Under the pieces are notes generated by a model. That model worked only from the letters and a program-made list of their open reading frames with translations. It did no database searches and was not told the DNA's origin. Shown here in pieces: positions 9,901-17,488 of a stretch of DNA of 64,000 bases (the stretch's first letter is position 1; each line of letters begins with the position of its first letter). Both the position numbers and the translations under genes were made by a program. Source of the stretch: Longimicrobiales bacterium. Its GTDB lineage: Bacteria; Gemmatimonadota; Gemmatimonadetes; Longimicrobiales; Gaopeijiaceae. The DNA lies in NCBI GenBank assembly GCA_965202805.1, contig OZ241869.1, positions 1,856,001 through 1,920,000 on the forward strand, in the 5' to 3' direction.

Positions 9901-11596
9901 TGGTGCCGGCGCGCGCGACCTTGATCGCCACCGAGCCGTCGTCGCCGGTCTCACCGCTGCCGACCTTGGTCTTGTCATCCCCAGCCGAGTCGTAGAGCGT
10001 GACGGACGCGCCGGAAACCGCAGCGCCGGTGTCGTCGCCGTGCTTCAGCATCACCGTGAAGTTCACGGTCGTGTGCGTGATGTCGAACGGAATCCCCTGC
10101 GAAGCGGCCTCGCCGACTCCGAGAGCGATCTCGTAGCCGGTCGCCGGTCCGCCGTACGCCACGTCGTTGGCCGCGAGTGCCGCCGCCACCGTGGCGTCGA
10201 TGAGGACGACCAGCTGGTACGGGCCGGAACGCAGACCCGAGAACGAGAAGGCGCCGGTCGCGTCGGTCGCGCCCAGCCGCTGCTCGTTGACGCCCGGGCC
10301 CACCAGCGCCACCGGAATGCCGGCGTGCGCCAGAGGATGCTCGCCCTCGTCGTGCATGTCGTTCTTGGTCGCCTCGTCGAGGAACACCATTCCCGACACG
10401 CTCGCGGTGCGCGCGTGCATGCCCTCGAAGTTCACGATCGCCGACTCGTCGTCGCCGACCGTCACGTCCGTGCTCATCGACTCGAACACGTAGGCGTCGC
10501 TCTCGACGGAAATCGAGACCGTGTAGTCGCCGGCCGCCAGGCCCGCGAAGTTGTACTGGCCGCCGTCGTCGGTCGTCGCCATCTGGGCCTCCTCTCCGCC
10601 CGACAGCGTGACCTCGATGCCGCCGAGGCCCATGCCTTCGACGCTCACCCGGCCGGCGATGCCCGAAGTCCGGAGCAGGACGCCGGTGAACGACACCGTT
10701 CCGGTCTCGTCCAGATCCACGCTCACGTCCTGCGACGTGGACGCGAACTCGTAGTCGCGGGTGTCGAAGTCGGAGATCGAGACCGTGTAGGAGCCGGGGC
10801 GCAGTTCCTCGAACCGGTACATGCCGTCGGCGTCGGTCATCATCGTGTAGCTCTCGTCGGCGGGACCGCCGGAGAGCGTCACGGTGACGCCCGCAAGGCC
10901 CTCGCCCTCGATGATCACCTGACCCTCGACCGCGGAGGTGCGGATAAAGTGTCCCGTAAAGTCGGCCTGGCCGACCTCGCCCACCTCGACAGAGATCTCG
11001 AGGCTTACTTCCTCGAAAGAGACGTCCTCGGGGAAGTCCGAGATAGTGACCGTATAGGTGCCGGCGCGGAGCCCGGTGAAGGCAAAGCCGCCGCTCATGT
11101 CGGTCTCCATGGTCTCGCCCATGGCGTGCTCGCCGCCGAGCGTGACTGTAACGCCCGCCAGCGTTTCGGGCTGGCCGTCGCCGCCGCTCATCATCGCGTC
11201 GGCCGCTACCACGTTGCCGACCACGGCCGAAGACCGGATGTACTCACCGGCGAAGTTGAGTTGCACGTTCTGACCATCGGTCGCGATGGTCGCGGACTGC
11301 GTCACCTGGGCGAACGTCGCGTCCTCGGGGAAGCCGCTGATTGTGACCGTGTAGGTCCCGGCTTCCACGCCCGAGAAAGCGAAGCTGCCACCCGACCCCG
11401 TCGTCGTGGTCGCACCCGACGACAGAGTGGCGGTGATGCCGCTGGCGGCCGTCCCTTCAATCGTCACCGTCCCGGAGATGGTCCCCACGGGAGTCGGCGG
11501 CGGGGGCGGCTCCACAGGCGGCGGAGTGCCCTCGTCGCAGGCGGTGAAGGTCAGGGCCATCAGCGTTGCTGTGGCGAGGAGCTTGAGTCGGTTCAT
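6959..11596 (-). CDS. Large surface lipoprotein with tandem carboxypeptidase-regulatory-like / CnaB-type beta-sandwich repeats
   Basis: Lipobox FTA-C, a Pro-rich linker, repeated GVTVTLSG...G.Y.F.GL.AG.YTV.IS units and an AGGAGG RBS. Confidence 0.88.
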   Translation of the reverse strand: MNRLKLLATATLMALTFTACDEGTPPPVEPPPPPTPVGTISGTVTIEGTAASGITATLSSGATTTTGSGGSFAFSGVEAGTYTVTISGFPEDATFAQVTQSATIATDGQNVQLNFAGEYIRSSAVVGNVVAADAMMSGGDGQPETLAGVTVTLGGEHAMGETMETDMSGGFAFTGLRAGTYTVTISDFPEDVSFEEVSLEISVEVGEVGQADFTGHFIRTSAVEGQVIIEGEGLAGVTVTLSGGPADESYTMMTDADGMYRFEELRPGSYTVSISDFDTRDYEFASTSQDVSVDLDETGTVSFTGVLLRTSGIAGRVSVEGMGLGGIEVTLSGGEEAQMATTDDGGQYNFAGLAAGDYTVSISVESDAYVFESMSTDVTVGDDESAIVNFEGMHARTASVSGMVFLDEATKNDMHDEGEHPLAHAGIPVALVGPGVNEQRLGATDATGAFSFSGLRSGPYQLVVLIDATVAAALAANDVAYGGPATGYEIALGVGEAASQGIPFDITHTTVNFTVMLKHGDDTGAAVSGASVTLYDSAGDDKTKVGSGETGDDGSVAIKVARAGTSGNMVHASVSHEDYSGDGMTAVSWDPQMFATAGSNGHDLVNLSVDATVSGATITTDYGGGKALKGWAMSVMSGDDAVDGAPDKLDDEGNAAFKTTVTAADLPATYTFAVADDQDNKLDGGEDYDPGSVELTHTGLKLAGTVDAGTMEVQYTTQTLKVYVHHERDQVMGYTGNLLDGDERDGSGDDRMVDVGIRYIDGSGRSRAFVAADSIESSNSKGVHTFSNVPADENVIVQASKVADDTNIKLLEPDELAAYTGMDVNGITGGAFGAMGGFNHTVELCPLQATAPQDHGECASFAYVTTYEVSGTVTKQTVAMDDGDDFKAVEEEDTEAGVTVSLSPVDGKNLAGEEESFTTTEKDTRSDKTKGDNPMSAFTFADVAAGAYSLSVSDGWEANGGDADDMFEPIEGPVDLTVRPATATVYGFIVDDEGFAMDSATVTANNASTMTDQHGRFIIEGIKSETRTVSKKKVTGIFVEASVADVGKASVTLTFAANTVKKVEDDDGNDLKLTAAAETASISGRVTASGSGDGIPGVKVEVSYDGTKYEAPENKNAKSKGATKNDIHLTGADGSYTVMVKAQDRGDGVWLRVSKDGMSFVPDEIDDIPAHAGSAVSGFNFTGFVNATISGRVVRPGGGPMSGVTVTATEAGVEGAEATATATTGRTGSFSLSVPYDRYTITAAAPATSLTRFSYPDDEQDVRVAPGQTVNFGNITGVSVNARSITTSRVKDATTGNYTGAVNIRWQFDADVSGFSAITHTVEHCVADCGEAGATWTDGSFAPDGSADTEDNVTEGVRVGTFTAPDSNEGDLGFSVRVSVSATETLADASTETRTGNSGMRSVARVDASPSKITAVRDTQAGATADSLIVNWEVSTNSRTATRVVITLDMGAAGTQSLIAEDAAELALTAGGTDATSAVLVVSGFTAADWTIAGSTQELNVTEADLRKALKVRVETRQAEEVDDDDEEVWKATETKDVAADPASS

Positions 11597-11668
11597 GGAA
11601 CCTCCTGAGTGGTGGAAATGAAATGCCGGCCTGCAAAGGCTGGACGAAGAGTCGCGTGCCCCTGGATA

Positions 11669-11684
11669 AGCAAAGGTGGTGCCA
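11669..11684 (-). promoter_or_regulatory. sigma54 (-24/-12) promoter of the lipoprotein gene
   Basis: The minus strand reads TGGCAC-CACCT-TTGCT, an exact TGGCAC-N5-TTGCW match about 70 nt upstream of the ATG. Confidence 0.8.
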
Positions 11685-11944
11685 ACTTCGGAACCTTCAT
11701 GTTTGACAACCAGTTACGGACTATCACACCCCCGTGTGGAATCCGGTGAAACCTGCAAATCCTCGGATTGTCGAGGGCGACCTCTGTTTTCTGATTGCGA
11801 CATAAACGATAAAGTGTTACCGATATCGCCAAAATATCAGAAATATATCCCTCCCGTCACTGGAACTCCCGCCTTGCGACATACGACGTTTTCGATAATC
11901 TTAACTCCAAAATTGACTGTGGGGCGATTCGCCCCCGCTCCAAA

Positions 11945-11980
11945 TTGACAAGATCGCCGATCATGCCATACTGATATAAT
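11945..11980 (+). promoter_or_regulatory. sigma70-type promoter candidate for the AraC-like/dead-TnpB operon
   Basis: TTGACA at 11945-11950, TGc-CATACT with the hexamer 16 nt later, and a TATAAT at 11975-11980. Confidence 0.5.
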
Positions 11981-12055
11981 AAGGCTCACCATGGGGGCAC
12001 GCGAACCGGGCACCGCCGGTTCGGCCCCGCGTCTCGTCACTCCAGAATCGCACCG

Positions 12056-12919
12056 ATGAAATCGAAAGAACCGGCCTACATGATGTATTGCAGGGACCTC
12101 GAGGTTCGAGCCGCGCTGGAGCGCGCGTTCACCGCTTACCCGGTCCGGCGAGTGCGTTCGCGAAAGGCACTCGAGACGCCGCCCGCGAACATCCGCGTGA
12201 CGGTATTCGCAACCGAGACGTGCACCGAGCGCGAAGTCCGGTGGCTGCTGTCGATGTTCGGGCTTCTGAGTCCGCCATGCATCGTGGCGACGGGCCTCTC
12301 CCTGGACTGCATGCGGCGAATGCACTCACTCGCCTCCGCCAGGCTGAAGGTGGTGTGGGCCTCCGATGTCAGAGACCGCCTCAAGCCGGTCCTGGATGGC
12401 CTCTGGATGCAGAATTGGAGTCCGATGGGGCGTTTCGGCCTGGGACTGCTGGACGAGCTCAAGCCGATGAGGGACTTCCTCAGGAAGACGATCCGCATTG
12501 CGTGCGGCCTGCACGTCGGTCCCACCCTCCCTCCCTTCTTCCCGAGAACGACCGTCAGAAGGCTGGCGGCCGAGGTCGGCGTCGCCACATCGACGCTTCG
12601 GCTCTGCTGGAGGGAGGAAGTTCCGCTCCGGTGCAACCTGAAGGGCCTCCTGGGCTGGTCCCTCGTCCTCTGGGGCACGCGCGAACGCACGTCCCTGGAC
12701 TGGGCTGCCATCGCCGGAAAGCTGCGGATGCCGCGCCGCACGCTGGAGAGAAACTTCATTCGGACGGCCGGATGCACGCTCGGCGAGGCGGCCGACGATC
12801 CGGAACGAGTCGACAGGCGATTCGCCGAGTGGGTCGATTCCGTGTGGGATCCCGATGCCGTCCGCAGGCCCGGCGCCGGGAACATTGTGGCGCAGGAACC
12901 CACCGAGGAGCTGCGCTGA
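12056..12919 (+). CDS. AraC-like double-HTH transcriptional regulator with a degenerate receiver-like N-terminal domain
   Basis: Two HTH-like segments, TVRRLAAEVGVATSTLRLCW and WAAIAGKLRMPRRTLERNF..TAGCT, with AraC-like spacing. Confidence 0.7.
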   Translation: MKSKEPAYMMYCRDLEVRAALERAFTAYPVRRVRSRKALETPPANIRVTVFATETCTEREVRWLLSMFGLLSPPCIVATGLSLDCMRRMHSLASARLKVVWASDVRDRLKPVLDGLWMQNWSPMGRFGLGLLDELKPMRDFLRKTIRIACGLHVGPTLPPFFPRTTVRRLAAEVGVATSTLRLCWREEVPLRCNLKGLLGWSLVLWGTRERTSLDWAAIAGKLRMPRRTLERNFIRTAGCTLGEAADDPERVDRRFAEWVDSVWDPDAVRRPGAGNIVAQEPTEELR

Positions 12920-12921
12920 CG

Positions 12922-13962
12922 GTGGCCGGATCGACTTCCCGGCGCTACGTCGGCTGGCGCTGCAGGCTCTACCCGAGTCCCTCACAGGACGCGGCGCTCG
13001 CCCGGTGCCGGAACGCCCTGCGCGAGCTGTCCAACACGCTCCTCGTCAACTCGCAGCTCAGCTACAGCGAGACCGGACGGCGGCTGACCAAGGCCGAACT
13101 GCACAAGCTCATCCGGGACTGGCGCGCCGGAGGGGCGAGCCAGGGGTGCCCGGCCAGCGCCATGTACCGCGTGGCCGCCGATCTCCACGTGGCCTTCCGC
13201 AACTGGTTCAAAAGGCAGGGCAGACGCGGGCGAAAGGGGTTCCCCCAGCTCAAGAGCATGGGCCGCGAGCCCGGCATCTACCTCAGCAACCAGGGCATCC
13301 GCTTCGACGGCAACCGGGTGTGGCTGCCGAAGTACGGCTGGGTGCGCTGGAAGGGCGGGAAACTGCCCCCGGGGAGATTGCCGGGCCCCGCCGGACGCAA
13401 GACCCTCGGCCTGCTCTCCGGGCGCGTCTGGCTGGATGCGGGGAACCGGTGGATGCTCTCGTGCCTGTTCGAGTGCGCGCCGCTCACGCCCTCCAGGGCG
13501 AGCACGGACAGGGCCGAGGTCCGGCAGCGGGGCCGCGAAATCACGGTGTCGGTCGACGGGGAATCGGTCCGCGTGATCCGCGAGAACAGGGCGCTCCGCA
13601 ACGCCAGACGCCGCCTGGCGAGGCTCGAGCGGCGGCTGGAGCGGTGCGAATTCGGTTCCGAGGGCCGAAAGCGCACCCTGGCCCTCATGCGCAACCAGGC
13701 GCGCAAGGTCCGGAACCACCAGGCGGATCTGCAGCACAAGGCCACGACGGGCGTCGTGCACGAGGCCCGCGAGATCGAAGTCGAAGGCGCGAGCTCGGAA
13801 CTGCTGCGCCAGCTCGAATACAAGGCGGAGTGGTACGGCCGCCGACTGAAGGTACGGCGAGGCCCGCCGAAACCGGGGACGGGCAATCCCCGACGCGCGC
13901 GGAGACCGGGGAGCCGGTCGCAGAAACGCGAATCGCGGACGCGAAGGCCGAAAGCTCTGTAG
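12922..13962 (+). CDS. Nuclease-dead TnpB homologue (TldR-like, 346 aa)
   Basis: GTG start 2 nt after the upstream TGA, with a GAGGAG RBS. TnpB motifs RLYPSPSQ, AFRNWFK..GFPQLK, VWLPKYGWVRW, NRWMLSC, LARLERRLER...GS, DLQHKAT and LRQLEYKAEWYG are present. The RuvC-I GxD, zinc finger and RuvC-III D are absent. Confidence 0.85.
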   Translation: MAGSTSRRYVGWRCRLYPSPSQDAALARCRNALRELSNTLLVNSQLSYSETGRRLTKAELHKLIRDWRAGGASQGCPASAMYRVAADLHVAFRNWFKRQGRRGRKGFPQLKSMGREPGIYLSNQGIRFDGNRVWLPKYGWVRWKGGKLPPGRLPGPAGRKTLGLLSGRVWLDAGNRWMLSCLFECAPLTPSRASTDRAEVRQRGREITVSVDGESVRVIRENRALRNARRRLARLERRLERCEFGSEGRKRTLALMRNQARKVRNHQADLQHKATTGVVHEAREIEVEGASSELLRQLEYKAEWYGRRLKVRRGPPKPGTGNPRRARRPGSRSQKRESRTRRPKAL

Positions 13963-14000
13963 CCGTCTGCGAAGGCCGGAACGAATCAGGGACGACGTCA
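13874..14000 (+). ncRNA. Candidate omegaRNA/guide RNA scaffold overlapping the 3' end of the dead tnpB
   Basis: Stems CGGGGA/TCCCCG, GACCGG/CCGGTC and TCGCGGACG/CGTCTGCGA. The layout ACG-CGCG-CGGAGA...GAAA-CGCG-AA resembles tnpB 3' ends as I recall them. Boundaries are approximate. Confidence 0.5.
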
Positions 14001-14243
14001 GGCGCCGCGGCGTCGTGGACCTCCCGTCGCTCGGCGGCGGCCGTCCACGATCTTCCCGGTCGCGCGATGCTGTGCGATCAAGCGCGTGAGTTGGGCGCGA
14101 GAGAACTCCGTGCCCTCCCGGAGCGTCTTCTTGATCTGCGACTTCTCCTTCTTGCGGAGACCATGGTAGCCGGTCTCGTCGAGAAGCTCCGCGATGAACT
14201 GGTACTGCGCGTCCCTGGTCCCGTCGCTCGGCGTCTCGTTCAA
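13998..14243 (-). CDS. 81-aa protein resembling the N-terminal HTH of integrase-core transposases
   Basis: Y.FI..L....Y..L.KKEK..I...L...T.FSRAQLTRLIAQHRATGKI pattern. ATGA overlap with the bactofilin stop codon. Confidence 0.55.
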   Translation of the reverse strand: MNETPSDGTRDAQYQFIAELLDETGYHGLRKKEKSQIKKTLREGTEFSRAQLTRLIAQHRATGKIVDGRRRATGGPRRRGA

Positions 14244-14734
14244 TGAGACCTCCCGTCAGGTTCGCGCCGGGTGTCCTCGGACGAACGCCGGGTGTCGTCT
14301 TCGCGCCGGGTGTCGTCTTCGCGCCGGGTCTCCTCGGACGATGTCTTGAACGCCACGTTGATCAGGGCGCCCTTCTCGACGGCGATGCTCAGGGTGTCGA
14401 TCTCGCCGTCCACGACGCAGGACGCCTTCAGTTCGATACTCGAAGCGGTCTCCACCCGGCCACGGACCCGCCCGGAAATGACGGCGTCCCGGGCCAGGAT
14501 GTCGCCCACCACCACACCGTTCTTCGCAACGACGATGGCCTTGTCCGACCTGATGTCGCCGTCGACCCGGCCTTCGACCCGGATGGTGTCCCTGCTGCTG
14601 CAGTCACCGACCAGGGTCATCCCGCGTGCGATGACGGAAGCCGCACCGTCCGGCTCGGCGGAGGGATCGCCACCCGGGCGCCGCTTCATCCGCGGCGGTG
14701 CGCTCGGGTGCCCCTTCCTCAGGAAAGGAGTCAT
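14240..14734 (-). CDS. Bactofilin (polymer-forming cytoskeletal protein, CcmA family)
   Basis: SVIARGMTLVGD...IRVEGRVDGDI...VVVGDILARDAVISGRVRG beta-helix repeats. An alternative start exists at 14803. Confidence 0.9.
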   Translation of the reverse strand: MTPFLRKGHPSAPPRMKRRPGGDPSAEPDGAASVIARGMTLVGDCSSRDTIRVEGRVDGDIRSDKAIVVAKNGVVVGDILARDAVISGRVRGRVETASSIELKASCVVDGEIDTLSIAVEKGALINVAFKTSSEETRREDDTRREDDTRRSSEDTRREPDGRSH

Positions 14735-15025
14735 GGCTTCGCCTGGGTGACCTGCAACGTCCTGGCGCGGGGACACAGCGCCCCATGCGACCGACGTGGG
14801 CATAGTTTCTCAAAATAGCCGATGATGTATGATTTGTCAGTGATATTTTGAGTGTGAATGATGATAAATTGGCGATAGGCGTCGATATTCCGGGAAGGTG
14901 CCCTTGAGTCCTGGCCGCGGATTCATCACGTTTGAGTGACAGTTCGGGTGCAATTGCGACGTTTTGGCGATTGATGATTGTGCCCGAGGGGTGAGAACCG
15001 GGCGAGATGCGGGGAGGGCAGGCTT

Positions 15026-15550
15026 GTGACGGAGCACCCGGACGCATTGAGAATCGAGGACGCATCCAGAGTCGAGGCGCTGCAGGAGCGCGTCTCGAGC
15101 CTGTGCAGCGCGATCCTGCGCATCAACGCGAGCCTGGACGTGGAGACCGTCCTTCAGGAGGTCGTGGACGGCGCCCGCGCCCTGACCGGCGCCCGATACG
15201 GCCTGATCGCCACGGTCGACGACGCGGGCGAAGCCGGTCCCTACCTCGTCTCCGGCCTGACGCCGGAGCAGTCGCGGCAGCTCGAGGAGTGGGAGGACGG
15301 CCTCCGGGTCTTCGAGCATTTCCGGGACCTTCCGGGTGTGGTGCGGGTCGCGGACCTGCCGGCCTGGCTGCGGTCGTCCGGCTTTTCGCCGATCGCGCTT
15401 CCGTCCAGGACGCTGCAGGGCACGCCGATCCGTCATCGCGGCGTCTACGTGGGCAGCTTCTTTCTCGCGGGAAAGGACGGGCGCGGCGGGTTCACCCGCG
15501 AGGACGAGGAGATCCTCGTGTTGCTGGCGTCGCAGGCAGCGGCGGCGATC
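15026..15550 (+). pseudogene. Truncated GAF-domain sensor (N-terminus of a histidine kinase-type protein)
   Basis: GTG start with a GGGGAGGG RBS. The sequence ILRINASLDVETVLQEVVDGARALTGARYG...FTREDEEILVLLASQAAAAI then switches abruptly to the antisense of the adhesin gene. Confidence 0.75.
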
Positions 15551-15792
15551 CGCATCCTGAGCGCCGGGTTCGCCGCCGCCCCACGCGAACAGGAACTCCG
15601 TGCCGCCGCCGGGCGCTCCGAGGCCCACCGGGCCGCCGAGGCCGGTCAGGCCCAGCGGGCCGCCAAGGCCGTTCAGGTCCAGCGGGCCACCAAGACCGGT
15701 CAGGCCCAGCGACGCTGCCAGGTCCGCGGGACCCGGAGACCCGCCCGTAGCGCGGCCATCGGCGGCGTCCGCCGCCAACTGCGCCAGCCTCC

Positions 15793-15848
15793 GCTCGGCT
15801 GCGCGCCCGGCTGCACGCCCGGCTGCACGCCCGGCTGCACGCCCGGCC
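15793..15848. repeat. 12-bp tandem repeat (encodes RAAG x4)
   Basis: ggctgcacgccc units. Confidence 0.8.
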
Positions 15849-16366
15849 TCCCCGCGCCCCCCGCCGCGCCAGAGCCGCGACACCGCCCAGCCTTCGAGCA
15901 GCCGTCCGGCCGCCTGGCGTGCCGCGTCCCGGCCCAGTGGGATCGAGCGCCCCCCCACCGTCAGGCGCGACCGCTCGTCCGCACCGCCCGGCCCCACGCG
16001 GCGGCCGAGCGTCATGCGCGCGCTTGCCAGATGTGCCCGCGCCATCGCCGCCAGCGTCTCGTCGAGGACGGCGCGCACCATCCGGTCGCTTGCGTTCACG
16101 CCGAAGGTCTGCGCCGCGGAGAGCCCGCCCGGATCGCGCGCCGTCACCTCGATGGAAGCCGGGCCGTAGCCGACCGGCGTCAGCGTCAGCGCCGAGCCCG
16201 CCACGGACACCGCGGCCACGCCCGGATCGGACGACACGGCCATGTAGGCCAGCGGGTCCCCGTCGCGGTCCGCGAAGTACGGCGCCAGGTCGAGCGCCAC
16301 CGACCCGCCCCCCTCGTCGAGCGCCTGGTCCGGGATCGCGCCCACTGCCTCCGGCGCGTCGTTCAC

Positions 16367-17488
16367 CGACGCGACCGCCACCACGACCTCCGCCTCCGCC
16401 GTACCGCCGTTGCCGTCCGTCACCGTGTAGGTGAACCGGTCCGTACCGTGCCAGTCCGCCTCGGGCGCGTAGGTCACCCCGCCGCCCGCCGCGACCCGCG
16501 CCGTCCCGTGCGAGGGAGCCGTGACGGACTCGACCCTCAGTGTGTCCCCCTCGACATCGGTGTCGTTCGCCAGCACGTCGATCACCACCGGCTCGTCCTC
16601 CGCCGTCGCCGCCGTGTCCGCCACCGCTTCCGGCGCGTCGTTCACCGGCTCGACCACGACCTCGACCTCTGCCTCCGCCGTACCGCCGTTGCCGTCCGTC
16701 ACCGTGTAGGTGAACCGGTCCGTCCCGTAATAGTCCGCCTCGGGCGCGTACTCGACGCCGCCGTCGGCGGCCGCCCGCGCCGTCCCGTGCTCCGGCGGCG
16801 ACACCGACTCGACTCGCAGCGCGTCCCCCTCGACATCCGTGTCGTTCGCCAGCACGTCGATCACGACCGGCTCGTCCTCGGCCGTCGCCGCCGCGTCCGC
16901 CACCGCTTCCGGCGCGTCGTTCACCGGCTCGACCACGACCTCGACCTCCGCCTCCGCCGTCCCGCCGTTGCCGTCGGCAACCGTGTAGGTGAACCGGTCC
17001 GTCCCGTGCCAGTCCGCCTCGGGCGCGTACAGCACGCCGCCGTGCCGATCCCCCGCAATCCGCGCTGTCCCATGCGCCGGAGCCGTCACCGACTCCACCC
17101 GCAGCGCGTCCCCCTCCACGTCCGTGTCGTTCGCCAGAACGTCGATCACCACCGGCTCGTCCTCGGCCGTCACGACCGTGTCGGCCTTGGCCTCCGGCCC
17201 GTCATTCACCGGCTCGACCACAACCTCGACCTCCGCCTCCGCCGTCCCGCCGTTGCCGTCGGCCACCGTGTAGGTGAACCGGTCCGTCCCGTGCCAGTCC
17301 GCCTCGGGCGCGTACTCGACGCCGCCGTTGGCGGCCGCCCGCGCCGTCCCGTGCGAGGGAGCCGTCACCGACTCCACTCGCAGCGCGTCCCCCTCCACGT
17401 CCGTGTCGTTCGCCAGCACGTCGATCACGACCGGCTCGTCCTCCGCCGTCGTCGCCGTGTCGGCCGCCGCCACGGGCGGCTCGTTCAC
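16367..17488 (-). repeat. Four ~280-bp near-identical intragenic repeats (Big_9/tandem-95-like Ig domains)
   Basis: AEDEPVVIDVLANDTDVEGD...GTDRFTYTV.DGNGGTAEAEV occurs four times. Confidence 0.9.

Noticed and set aside
3381..11608. Long plus-strand ORFs 3381..6827 and 7337..11608
   Set aside because: These are antisense shadows of GC-rich genes with no recognisable motifs.
12088..12921. N-terminal 278 codons of the 624-aa ORF as part of the TnpB-like protein
   Set aside because: This is an alternate frame over the AraC-like gene with Arg/Pro/Gly-rich composition. TnpB motifs begin only after GTG 12922, which has its own RBS.
12922..13962. Active IS200/IS605/IS607 element or Cas12f effector
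   Set aside because: There is no tnpA, no left end, no CRISPR array or cas genes, and the catalytic RuvC residues and zinc finger are missing.
13941..13981. GCGAAGGCCG direct repeat (13941, 13969) as a mini CRISPR array
   Set aside because: Only two 10-bp copies, 28 bp apart, which is too short for a repeat-spacer unit.
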